This document shows positions 14,902 through 28,839 of a DNA stretch of 64,000 bases, in pieces (position 1 is the first letter of the stretch; every line of letters starts with the position of its first letter). Source of the DNA: the human T2T-CHM13v2.0 reference genome, Homo sapiens. The notes below the pieces were generated by a model that saw only the letters and a list, made by a program, of their open reading frames with translations, had not been told where the DNA came from and made no database searches. The position numbers and the translations under genes were made by a program. The stretch lies in NCBI RefSeq assembly GCF_009914755.1, contig NC_060932.1; one strand, 5' to 3'.

Positions 14902-16101
14902 ATGTCGTTGAGCAAAGGTTCCTACTGGAAACTCTTTTTCTCTGTCTCACTCTGATGAGTCACAGTGGCACTCGTTCTGAAGCGGTTATGATAGTGATCT
15001 GCTGAGGTAAGAGTTGGACTGTGGACCCTCTGTTCCATGAGTCACCATGAATAGCGGCCTTGGCGACCCCAGCTCCGGCCCGGCTGTCAGAGGTTGTAAT
15101 GATCATCATTTCAGATTTGCCAGCTGAGGAGATGGTGGGCTTCTCCTAAGGCCCCTGTGATCACACAACTTTGGTAGCTCAGTTTGCGCTGGAACTGTGC
15201 ACTGGTCACAGAGAAGCAGGGCTGTGTCTCCACGGTGCCTTCCTGCTGACCCACACCTCGGTGGCTCTGCTCACCATGTCCCCAGAGCGTCTTGTGTAGC
15301 TCTTTGGTCTTCCTAGACCGTGCCCAGGGTCAAAGCCTGGCCTTCAATCCCAGCTCAGTTTTCACCTGCAAACAAGGGCCTCTAACATGACTTTGACTGA
15401 AGTGCGTCTCTTTTTTATTTCCTTGTAAGACAGGTCTCATTTGCAGCTTTTAGGACCTCAAGGCAGAGACCTGTGTTTGTGTATTTTCTTCTTCTCCTTG
15501 CAATTTTGAAAAACATAGAAAGCAAAAAACAACCAAATAAATATCTTTTTGCTGAGTGTTTGCTACCATGTATGTCGGCAGGATGGCCTTGGAGAAGGCC
15601 AAATATCTTCTATTTGGTCCCCTATGAAAACCCAAAGTAAAAAATTAATAAAGCAATTTTAAGATGGGAACTTTTTATTATTATTATTATTATTCTGGAA
15701 TTGAATTAAGGTTTGTCTTCCAGAGAAGCAAAGAAATCAATGCAAATTCCTTTTAAATATTCCTGTAAGCTAAAGGAATGCTTAATATTAAATTATACGA
15801 AAACAAATTATAAATTAAAACAATAAAACAGTCTCTGACAGACAGGTACAAAATGATCTTGTAATTACCTTTATCTAGGAAAATAGACATAGAAACAGAG
15901 TGAATTTCTAAATTAGTTTGCTTATTAGAATTTACCTTATACAGAAGGGGGCATTATCTCTGTAATTAGAAAGAACCTGATGTTTTCAAAACATCCAAGC
16001 CAACACATTGTGAAATGTTAAATGAAAATGCTGAATTTCTCTACAAAAAAATAGATTGGAAAATTGGTATTTTGTTGGCTTAACTGAATCTGTTTAAGAA
16101 A

Positions 16102-17866
<1,765 letters not shown>

Positions 17867-20289
17867 GTGGTGGAGTCAGGGGGACAAGGGAGGGAATGGA
17901 GCTTTTGTTCTGGGGTCAACTCACTCATTCTGTAGCAGCAACAGATTCAAAGTCTCAGTGACTCACAGGCAGATGGTTTTTCTTACAGCTGCATTTCTCT
18001 CCTGAGTCACCTGCACTTGGGTGCCCCAGCTGGAAGAGCCATCTTTATACCTATTGCCTTGGGGAGAAACTTGATGGTTGGGTGCTAGCTGGCTCCACAC
18101 AGGTGAGAAATTGTGCACACACTACATCCAATTCTGGGACAGGAATGGCAGAGGAAGAGAAGGCAGGGCAGCAAATATTTGGGAACAAGAACACAGCCAG
18201 TTACAGTGTGAGGGAGATAAATCATCGTGTTAGAGGGTATTAAACCGAGATGGCTCTTGGTGTTATGCCATTAGTCCATTAATGGAGGAGCCTACATAAC
18301 TCCATCTCAGGTGTGTGGTCATGCAAAGAAAGACAGAAGGACAGTCTGGCATCTGACAGGTTGTGCAGTTAGATTGATTAATCTGAACCCATTTAATATC
18401 ATAAATAACATTAGATTGATATGATCAAGGTTTGATGGATAGGAGCTTTAAAATCCCCACAAACATTACATATCTCTTTTTGAAATCTGGCTTTATGGGA
18501 CAACAGCACATTTTTGGTTTTAGGGGTCAAGAGAGCATCATCAATAATGCATATGGGGTAAAGTCACATCGTCGTTTGTGTTGCACTGATCTGCTAAGTA
18601 AATTCTATCGTGTTGCAAAAGGTGGACATTTTGCTGAAAAATGTGTATTTCTTGATATCACACTAGGAATGCATTTTGTAAATATCCACCCAAAGACAGC
18701 GTTGGATAGAGTAAGCAGCTGTGACAATGTGAACATCAGGAAGGCAGGCCAGTGTGCTGGGAGAAAGGGGCACTCTCTTTAAGCCGCTGCTTTGTAAGCT
18801 TCAGAGATGCATCCGGACAGAGACAGCAACAGGAATTTGTGCCTCCATTGTAGCCATGCCCTGGGGGCATGCCAGCCCAGTTAAGGCACCAGTCCACGTG
18901 GAAATGTTGGGCACACACTGGCCTTTGCTGCCTGACACAGAGTCAGACCAGCACCTTGAGCCAGGCGGTCTTCAGGACAGAGCCAGCTGTGGGGTCATTC
19001 TGTGTGGCTTCCCAGACAGTTAGCCAGGTGGAAGGATATTTGCTGTCTGCAAGTCTCTCAAGCTACAGAATTGTGGTTTGGTGGAGCATGCAAATGTGCG
19101 ACCCTCTCTTTCTAGAAATCCCGAGTGTGCAGTTGTCACTGGGGTCCACAGCTGGGAAGACATGCAGCTAAATGCACTCTCAGGTCATGTCTTCCTCTGT
19201 GCAAGGCTTCCCACGGTTCCTGGCTGCACTGACAAGACCCACCACCCACAGCCTCTGCGCATCCTGGGGGCTCAGCTCAGCTGCCGTGGAGTGAGCCCTG
19301 TAGCAGTATTTGTAACTGGCATAAGGGGTCCCCTCCCAAAACTTGCAGGAAATCTTTTGGCAGAAGCAGAAGCTCCGTACTGAGACGTTCAGAGTGAAAT
19401 GTTCTTGTTCTTGTTGCCCTGTGTTTTGGAGTCATTAAATCACAACTGGGCTCACCTCTGCTGTTCAGGACAATCATTCCGGTCCTTACCTTTCACCAGG
19501 GGAAACTGTGGGTGTGGATTAAGATCTTGCGTTGTGAGAGAAATGTCTAGCACCTTCTTAGAGTTATAGGGGAGAATTGGACCTCATGCATTATAAATTG
19601 TGTTCACATATTAGCTTTATTTAATGTGACTCTAGTCTTTGGACCAATGACTATTGAGTTTTAAAGTATAGATAGACCAATGAGAATTTGATAGTTATTT
19701 TTGAAAAGTCAATAACATGATGGCTTTATATATCCTGGTAAGTGAAATATAGACTAACTTATAGAAGTTATTGGAAGGCATATTTTTTTCTAAGAAAAAC
19801 TTTGAAAGGTCTATGAGCTGGCCAAAGAAGGAACGTACTGTCTCAGGAGGCAGTGTGTCCTATCCCTGGACACGTTCAAGCACAGGGTAACTTACTGTTT
19901 GGCTGGATTTTTGTAGAATGGATTAAAGTATCAAATCATTGTTTATCGTTCAGTAGAGTTTTTTTGTTTGTTTTTGGTATAGTTATATAACTATTGATCT
20001 ACCCAAAATCTTTATTAACCTTTTAACTGTGCATATAGCATACACCAGTTCCTGTGTTGGCTAGTTATACCAAGAGGTGTTAATTTTAGTATTCCCATGC
20101 TCAGCTTTCTAACTAGAGAATATTGTATGTCAAAAGGAATAAGGTCCAAATGTGGCCGAACGTATTTAAACCTATCCTAATTACAAGGAAAAGTGTAAAA
20201 AGTAAACTTCCACATCTAGATAGCCCTAGAGACTGCCAGCTATATTCATTTGTCATTCTGGCGAGGATATATTTTTGATGATTGAATTT

Positions 20290-20670
20290 GCATTTATCTC
20301 GTGCCGAATGGTTTTGAGCTCTTGGCTGTGAGTGCACCATTTGGCATCTTCTGGGAAGAGCTTGCGCAAGTCCTGTGCTTATTCTTAATGGAGTTGTTTA
20401 TCATTTCTCACAATAATTTGTAGCAGGTGTTCATGCATCTAGGGTAGGAGTCATTTGTTGGATAAATAGATTTCAGGTCTTTTCTTCTGTTCTGGCTTTT
20501 TCTTTCATTCTCTTTATGGTACTTTTTTTGATAAGCTGAGATTTTCAATTTTAATGTAGTCCAGTTATCCTTGTCTCTTTTTATGATTAGTGTTTTCTGT
20601 TGTTTAAAAAAATACTATTCTGGTATATTCTAATATTGTTCTACTTTCTATGTTTAGTTATATTAACCAT
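20290..20670 (-). mobile_element. Old L1M fragment
   Basis: T-rich ccatttggcatcttctgggaag...ttttcaattttaatgtagtcca. Confidence 0.55.
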
Positions 20671-20714
20671 CTTTAACCAAAACTCTCATATTCCTTCCTG
20701 GTAGGCCTGATTCA

Positions 20715-21305
20715 TGCCTTTGAAAAACTGGCAGTGTCCACTAAACTAACTTGTAAGTATCTCCTAACACACAGCATTTCCACCACTAAATAAATACTCA
20801 ACAGAAACAGATTTGTATTCACCCGAAGACACTACAGCTTAAAGTTTATAGCAGCCTTAACCACGTTAGTCCAATGCTGGAAGAAACTCAAATAGCCATC
20901 AAATAAGAATGGGCAAATAGACGGTGGCATGTTCTTGTAATTAAACACTACACTGCAAAGAAAAGAAGAAAATTACTTGCAACGACACGAATGGATCTCA
21001 AAAACATTATGTTGAGCAAAGAACGCCAAGAACAAGCATGTACATACTGTTGGGGACCATTTCTTGCCATTCAAAAACTGGCAAAACTAATGTATGTCAG
21101 TGAAGATGAGAATAATGGTTACCTTTAATGCTGACACAAGTATTGACGTAAGGAGCGTGGGTGCATATTTTGGGGGTACTGAACATGTTCTTTATCCTGA
21201 TCTTGGTGTGGTTCCACAAGACTAAACATATGTGAAAACTGACCAAGGTTTACACTTGAGGTTTGTGAACCTAAACAAAGTCAATCACACTTAAATTAAG
21301 AATGA
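20715..21305 (+). mobile_element. Old L1M (L1MC/ME-type) 3' UTR
   Basis: atggatctcaaaaacattatgttgagcaaag...aaaactggcaaaactaat...ttctttatcctgatcttggtg. Confidence 0.7.
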
Positions 21306-21779
21306 AAGGAAAAGATCTCAATTTGTTTAACAAGGCAGTAGCAGCCATGTTAACAATAACAACCTCAGAAGGTGCTCGAGTTATAGCTAAAGGACTTAGT
21401 TCTGAGCTTCGTATGTTTAAAACATGTATGCAAAATTGCTAAGTATGTCTCGGGTCACTTTGCAACATCCTGGGAGATTTTAAGCCCATGGAAATATAGG
21501 GACCAGAAGGTGGCCCTTGAAAATCAAATCATCTGCTGTGTCACTTCCATACATTTTCTGATCATGCCCCTTTCTATGAAAAAATTAATTTCCCAAGTGA
21601 AACAGTTCTTCCTCTGAATTGACTTTGGCTTAAAACAACAGCTTTAAAGGTAACTGCATAGACAAAATGGTGCAAGGAAGCATGCAATCCACCCACTAAG
21701 GAGGAACAATGAGTTAGTTACATGTTTTAATGGCTGTGGCTAGGATTCGACTGTTGAAAAAGGCTGGGATCTCTGGAAG

Positions 21780-22840
21780 TGATGGTGACAGGAAGCAGCC
21801 AAATGCCTAGGCAGATAGGGGCAGGTACCAGGTACCCAATGACCCCTACCATCAAGCCAAAGACAGTTTAAAGCCTAAAAGCCGAGCTACAGGTTAAATC
21901 CTCAGACTGGATTGAGAACCTGTCTTCCAGTTCTCGGACTGGACTGTGAACCTGTCTTCCTGTTCTCACACTGGATTGATAACCTGTCTTCCTGTTCTCG
22001 AACTGGATTGATAATCTGTCTTTCTGTTCTTTGACTCGATTGAGAACCTATCTTCCTGTTCTCAGACTGGATTGAGAACCTGTCTTCCTATTCTCAGACT
22101 GGATTGGGAGCCTGTTTTCCTATCCTCAGACTGAATTGAGAAATTATCTTCCTGTTTGGTGTGCTTTCCTTGGATTGATCCCCACCCTTCACCTATTTTA
22201 CATATACCTCCCCTTTCCTAATTGGTTTTCCACACTGTTGTGCCAGCCTTTGAGTGGTGTCTTCACTTTAAACTTTTTTGCATACTCACAAACCAATCAG
22301 CATGCACCTTCCATCCTGTGCCTACAAAGAGCCCAGACTCACTTGGTAGAGTAGGAGACAACCTGAGCTCGGGGAAGATGACCGGCCCTTTCTATCCCCT
22401 CTCCAGCTCCCCTTTCTACTAACAGCCATTTTCATTGCTCAATAAAACTCTCCACCTTCATCATCCTTCAATTGTCTGTGTGAGCTCATTCTTTGTGGAT
22501 GTCAGAAAACAGCTTGGGACCCACTGAGTGTGGGTACCCAGAAAGGCCGTCACACCAGTCCTTTGCCTTTACCAGTCGGGGCAGCAGCTCAAGGCAATGA
22601 GTCAAGGGGCCAACTGAGCTGCTAACACACTGCCGTCCGTGGATGGCAGAACTAAGAAAGCACTGCAACACCTGCTCTGGGGCTTTGGGATCGCAGGCAC
22701 CTCCTCCTGGGCACCACTGCAGGCTTTGCATGGAGGTTTCTCCTGTGTCAACACCGGAGCTGTCAGCCTGGACACCGTACTTGCTCACTTATGTGCTCCT
22801 TCCTGCAAGGGGCTGAGCACAGCAGGCTGAATGGAGGGGC
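21780..22840 (+). mobile_element. LTR27/LTR28-like ERV1 LTR containing an internal VNTR; 3' end approximate
   Basis: gacagga.gcagccaaatgcctaggcagataggggc...aaccaatcagca...ctcaataaaactctcc. Confidence 0.75.
21901..22157. repeat. 32-bp minisatellite, 8 copies, inside the LTR
   Basis: Unit ctcagactggattgagaacctgtcttcctgtt at 21901, 21933 ... 22061, 22093, 22125. Confidence 0.95.
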
Positions 22841-23564
22841 TCCCCTCCCACTTGAATGCTCCCTCCCAACATGAACGCTCGTGGTTGGTATCTGACTCAG
22901 CACAGCCTTCCTTTCACTGCAGTGTGGACTTAGAATCCCTCATATCAAAGCAGCATAGGCTGGCTCCCAAATGACACAAGTTCACTTGAGGTAACAGCTC
23001 CGCTTTCAAATTCTATGATGTTGTTTCAAGTGCCATATTCAACTCAAAAAAGGTAAATTTAATGAGTTGCATGATTCAAGTTGTCCATGAGATAGAGCAG
23101 ACCCATAGCTCAGGTGGAGTACACCAGGCAATAGGAACGCCCTCACATTGCCTCGGTGACGGCTCTCCCAGGACCCCTGCTCATCACGTGCTCTGCCCTG
23201 AAGCACCTCATGAATCACAGGCAGTTCTGTAGGAGACGAGTTCAGTGTGGCCCAAGCATCAGAGTTTCTGTTGGCGTAGCTTGATTTGGTGATCACTTTG
23301 GAAATATCTACGACTCTGGAGGAATATGTTTTCCTTTCAACAACACCCTCAATGTGTTTTCCTTTAGAGATTAAGATGTATTAATTTATCAATGAATAGA
23401 TTAATTAAGTGCTCAAGGTTTTCTCCTTTATAAGTATCTATATTCTTTACTGGTACAGAACTTTATGCTTAACAGAAAATCCAATCGAGTTGCTGGTGGG
23501 GCCAACATTATTTCCTTGAATGTGGGAGCTGAAAAAGTCAACCACCTGAATGGAGCATGAGTAG

Positions 23565-23850
23565 AGGAAGCACCTTTGACGGGTCAGGAAACCCTGCAGG
23601 AGTGCATTCTACAGGAAGCACCTTTGACGGGACAGGAAGCCCTGCAGGAGTGCATTCTACAGGAAGTACCTTTGACGGGTCAGGAAACCCTGCAGGAGTA
23701 CATTCTACAGGAAGCACCTCTGACAAGTCAGGAAGCCCTGCAGGAGTGCATTCTACAGGAAGTACCTTTGACAGGTCAGGAAGCCCTGCAGGAGTGCATT
23801 CTACAGGAAGTACCTTTGATGGGTCAGGAAGCCCTGCAGGAGTGCATTCC
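23565..23850. repeat. 48-bp minisatellite, 6 copies
   Basis: Unit aggaagcacctttgacgggtcaggaagccctgcaggagtgcattctac; copies nearly identical. Confidence 0.97.
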
Positions 23851-26616
23851 GTACTAAGACACCACTGCATCAGAAGAGAAACTGTGCTGGAGTTCCCAAG
23901 AGTGCTAAAATGAACCCAGTTAAGGTGAAATACAAGCAGGAGTGTTTCTGATACATATTTTTAGGGCAAGCTTTCCTCCTCAAAACACAATGAGGAATTG
24001 TGTTTTATAATTTTGCACTTAAAACTGTTGTTTCATACTGATCTGCTTCTAAGTGTATTTACATTAATACCAGCTTCTGCAGGGAAATTGCAATATCATA
24101 AACATGAAAAATTCATGATTCATGTCATTGCTAATAAAGACCCTATAACCAGAATGCTGAAAATATTCACAATCGAGAAAATAAATTAATATTTTAATGA
24201 AACCGGAGAACGGGGGTACATTTGAGATCATGTTATAATCAGTTGTCATGTTTTATGTTTAGGTCGCAAAGTTTACAGTTGTCAAAACTTGCTCAAATAG
24301 TAAAGAAATGGCTCTAATAATTGAATTTGACAATTTAAACTCAATTGTAGTATATTAAAACATTATTTCCAGGGAGGTCTTGAAAGATAGTTTGTGCCTA
24401 ATAGGAAGGGTAGCATAATTTTAAATGACGGGCAGAATACTCCAAAAATTATTATGCGTAGGAAAATATTTACATTATTAGGATTAAGAAACAGGCAGTC
24501 GAAATAGAATTTGGTTTAAATTATGGGCACATGAAATTTGAAATGCAAGGAGGGAAAAAGCTCATTTTTTTTATAGCCTGGTTTCTTAGGAATGGTTATA
24601 AATAAGATTTATTGTCAACGTTTTCATTGTGAAATGTTAATAAAGCATCAAATATTTGAAAGATTTAATAGAAGACAAAGGACGTGCCTTGTTTGTTGAG
24701 CCCACCAGTTAAAACTTTATGTTATTTCTGTCCAGTAAACCTTTATGGAGTTTCTACTCTGTATTCAGCTTATGTCACTGTGAGAATTCAAAGGCAAGTG
24801 ATCAGTTGTTCTTGGCCTCAAACCCCCCAACAAGGCAGTGCAGGAGAGGACCCAGAAGGGGGCTGCAGAGGGCAGGTGGGCGGACGGGGGCCATGGGCAC
24901 TGGGAGGGGCCCCTGGGGCTGTTATCCACCATGGTGGAGAAGGGAAGGTGGGTCTCTGGGCATAGGTGGTGTGGAAAACCAACCCAATCATTCCATCTGG
25001 ATACTTCTTTCAGTCCCTTATGGGGAGTCACTGATATTTATTCAAACATTCTGTGTGCTTGCTTCACATGCCTGCTGTGAACACTGCAAGTCTGTACACG
25101 GCTTGCCGAGAATGCAGGTTCTGCCTCAGAGACGAGACTTCTTGGCATTGCGAATCGATGTACACGTGACTTCTCCACACAGGCCTCACTCCTCAGCATG
25201 GGGCAGCAGGACCCGGCGTCCAATCCAATCATGATGTTGGCCTTTTGGGGAGATTTAGGAGGAAGATTATGGTGTCAGCTTCATAGACAAAAAGATGGGG
25301 TTCTAGGAGACTCTAGTGACAGAATCAGCACTTCAGCAACAGTCTTCTGACCACCTTTCCACCTATTTGTCCATTTGAGTTATGGAAGTCTGTTAAGGAA
25401 AGCATAAATAAGGAATTGGAATAAAGTTCTCTATTGGAGTCCTGCACCCTTGCTGGTGGATAAACAAGCTTTATACTTTGAAGTGGCTGAAAAGGTATAC
25501 TCTCACTTTTGTAAACATTCAGTGTTGTTTTGTTTTGTCTTTTTCTCTCTCCCTCCTGTTACTGCTGTTCCAATCATTAGAACGGTATAACTGTTGCTCG
25601 TGATAATTTCCTATCAGGAGAAATTTAGTGATGTCTGAACCTGGAAACTCTTGAGAACAAACCTCCAGCAGCATGAAGTTTCGGGAAGACAGGCTGCTCT
25701 CTGCAAGGATGGAGAGAAGTCACCCGGGGCTGCCTCGGGACTATGTGTGTCTCCATTCATGAAAACCAGAATGATTTAGAACCAGAATGTGGGATACCTT
25801 GATGTGGCCCTCCCCTTTTGGCCCCGGCACAGCACACAGTCCCGTTGCTGGTTCCCACTCCACTCCTGTGGAAGGTTCCAGAACCCACAGAGCCTTGCCA
25901 GCAGTCCCGCCAGTGCTCACTGGGCTTCCTTGCTGCTGTTCCAGGGCCTCCCTGGCACTGGCATCTTACCTCTCCTGCCCTGCTCTTTCCTGGAAGCATG
26001 CCCCAAATAGAAGCAAGAGGAAGCAGCCTTCCCCTCCACACTATTGCCCCAGCTCAGACCACAAGGGGTTTTGTCATTTACCAAACACACCAGGATACTT
26101 TCTGCCTCTAGACCCCATTTTATCTTCTCTGCCTGTGGGATTCATTTTCGAAACAGGCCTTTCACATCTGGGCAACACAGACGTCTGCCTGACTCCCACC
26201 AGGGTGCTTGTCCTGGGAGGGAGCTTGTCCGGGGAGGGAGCTCGTCCCAGGAGGCAGCGCTTTGCTGGTTTGGTGGGGCCTGATGTCTCTCCTTCCTCCC
26301 ATCTGGGAAGCCACTTGAGGGCAGCCTCTGACTGAACAGGGTGCATTCCTAGCACCCACAACAGCACTGTCCTATGTGCTGGGCTCTGTAATTATTTGTT
26401 GAAGAGATGCATATTTAAGTCAGATTTTTTAAAATGAAAGCTTAACATAACATCATGGAGTACACTGTTAAAATCCTTTAAGTCACCTGTTTAGAAATAT
26501 TAGGGCCCTACATTGTTGGATGCCAATCCATAAAGACACATCGCACAGAAGTCAACACAGGACTTTTCTGAGAGCCGCTGGCCTGGCCTCTGTCCTCCGT
26601 CCTCCCTCCTCGCCGG

Positions 26617-28810
26617 CCCGGCTTCTTTAAAGCAGAATGCACGAAGTTTCCAGAGCAAGTGGAGCCCGGCTTCCCTGAAGGAGATTGCACCGAAGTCACA
26701 GACCGAGTGATGTCTGGCTTCCATGAAGGTGATTTCACATGGAGTTCACAGACCGAGTGGCGCTGGCTTCCCTGAGGAGAGTGGAAAGAGGTCACACGCT
26801 GAATGGACCTGGCTTCTCTGAAGGAGATTGCACCAAGCTCACACACCACGTGGTGCCTGGGTTCCCTGAGGAGATTGCACCCAGGTAACAGACTGAGTGG
26901 TGTTCAGCATTTCTGAGTGGAATGCACCAAGGTCACAGAGCCCGGCTTTCCTGAAGGAGATTACATGGAGTTCACAGAGCAAGTGGTACCCGGCTTCTCT
27001 GAGGAGAATGCACTGAATTCACACTCCAAGTGGTGACCGGCTTTACTGAGGAGATTGCACTGAGGTCACAGACAAAGTGGTGTCCGGCTTTCCTGAAGGA
27101 GAGTGCATGCAGTTCACAGAGCGAGTGGTACCCGGCTTCCCTGAGAATGCACTGAATTCACACACCGAGTGGTGACCAGCTTCTCTGAGGAGAATGCACT
27201 GAGGTCACAGACTGAGTGGTGCCTGGCTTCCATAAATGAAAACGCACTGAGATCATAGACCGAGTGGTATCTGGCTTTCCTGAAAAGGAGTCGGCACTGA
27301 GGTCACAGAGTGAGTGCTGCTGGCTTCTCTGAGTTGAACGCACCGAATTCACACACGGAGTGGTGCCTGGCTTTACTGAGGAGAATACACTGAAGTCACA
27401 GACTGAGTGGTGCCAGGTTCTCTGAGGAGATTGCACCGAGGTCATAGACCAAGTGGTGTCCGGCTTTCCTGAAGGAGACTGCATGGATTTCACAGACTGA
27501 GTGCTGCTCGGCTTCTCTGAGGAGAATGCACCAAGTGGTGTCCGGCTTTCCTGAAGGAGATTGCATGAAGTCCACAGACCAAGTGGTGACGGCTTCCCTG
27601 AGGAGAATGCACGGAGTTCACAGACCGAATGGGTGCTGGCTTCCCTGAGGAGATGGTACCGAGGTCACAGACCGAGTGGTGCCCGGCTTCCACGAAGGCG
27701 ATTGCATGGAGTCCACAGACCAAGTGGTGATGGCTTCCCTGAGGAGAATGCACCAAAATCACAGACCCAGTGTTGGCTGACTTCCCTGAAGGAGACCGCA
27801 CGGAAGTCACAGGCTGCGTGTTGGCTGGCTTCCCTGAGGAGAATGCAACCAGGTCACAGACCAAGTGGAACGCAGCTTCTCTGAGGAGAATGCACCGAAT
27901 TTACCCCAAGTGGTGCCCGGCTTCTCTAAGGAGATTGCACTGAGGTCGCAGACTGAGTGGTATCCAGCATTTCTGAGGGGAATGTACCTAGATCATAGAC
28001 GGAGTGGAGCCCAGCTTTCCTGAAGGAGATTGCATGGAGTTCACAGAGCTAGTGGTGCCCCTCTTCTCTGAGGAGACTGCACCGAATTCACACACTGAAC
28101 GGTGCCGGGCTTCACTGAGGAGACTGCACTGAGGTCACAGACCAGGTGGAGCCCGGCTTCCCTGAAGGAGAATGCACTGAAATCACAGACCGAGTGGTGC
28201 CACCTTCTCTGAGGAGAATGCACTGAGGTCACAGACCGAGTGATGTCCAGCTTCCCTGAAGGAGATTGGTTGGAGTTCACAGACCGAGTGGTGCCGCCTT
28301 CTCTGAGGAGAATGCACTGAGGTCACAGACCGAGTGGCGCCAGCTTTTCTGAAGGAGATTGCAGGGAAGTCACAGGCTGAGTGTTGGCTGGCTTCCCTGA
28401 GGAAACTGTAACCAGGTCCCAGACCTGGTGTCCAGCTTTCCTGAAGGAGACTGCGCCGAGTTCACAGACCGAGTGGTGTCGGCTTCTCTGAGGAGATTCC
28501 ACCAAAGTCACCGACCAAGTGGTGCACAGCTTCACTGAGGAGACTGCACCCAGGTCACAGACTGAGTGATGTCCGGCTTCCCTGAAGGAGATTGCACCAA
28601 GTTCACAGAGCAAGTGGTGTCGCTTTTCCTGAAGGAGATTGTGCTGAGGTCACAGGCTGAGTGGTGTCCAGATTTCCTGAGGAGAATGCACCAAGGTCAC
28701 AGACTGAGTGGCGTCCGACTTCCGTAGGGGAGAGTGCGCTGAGTTCACACACTGAGTAGTGTCTGGCTTCTCTGAAGGAGAATGTGCTGACGTCACAGAC
28801 CTAGCGGTGC
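26617..28810. repeat. Diverged 47/48-bp tandem array, ~47 copies
   Basis: Consensus cggcttc(c/t)ctga(a)ggaga(a/t)tgcaccgaggtcacagaccgagtggtgcc. Confidence 0.97.
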
Positions 28811-28839
28811 TTTTGTATCACTCTCCGCTGGTGATTCTT

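Noticed and set aside
23557-23913. Similarity of the 16-aa G/S/T repeat to ice-nucleation or mucin repeats
   Set aside because: Only period and composition are similar; there is no signal peptide or matching motif, and near-identical DNA units indicate a recent VNTR
24719-26367. 171-aa and 182-aa ORFs in GC-rich DNA
   Set aside because: No recognisable homology or exon structure; expected by chance at this GC content
26617-28810. CRISPR-like or protein-coding interpretation of the array
   Set aside because: Units are contiguous homologues with no unique spacers, the context is primate with no cas genes, and mixed 47/48-bp lengths break the frames
26617-28810. Resemblance of gagttcacagacc / tgaggtca to the Alu B-box, an ERE or an RSS heptamer
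   Set aside because: GTTCAC does not fit the B-box GWTCRA; AGGTCAcagACC lacks the TG of the second ERE half-site; no CACAGTG plus nonamer at 12/23 spacing
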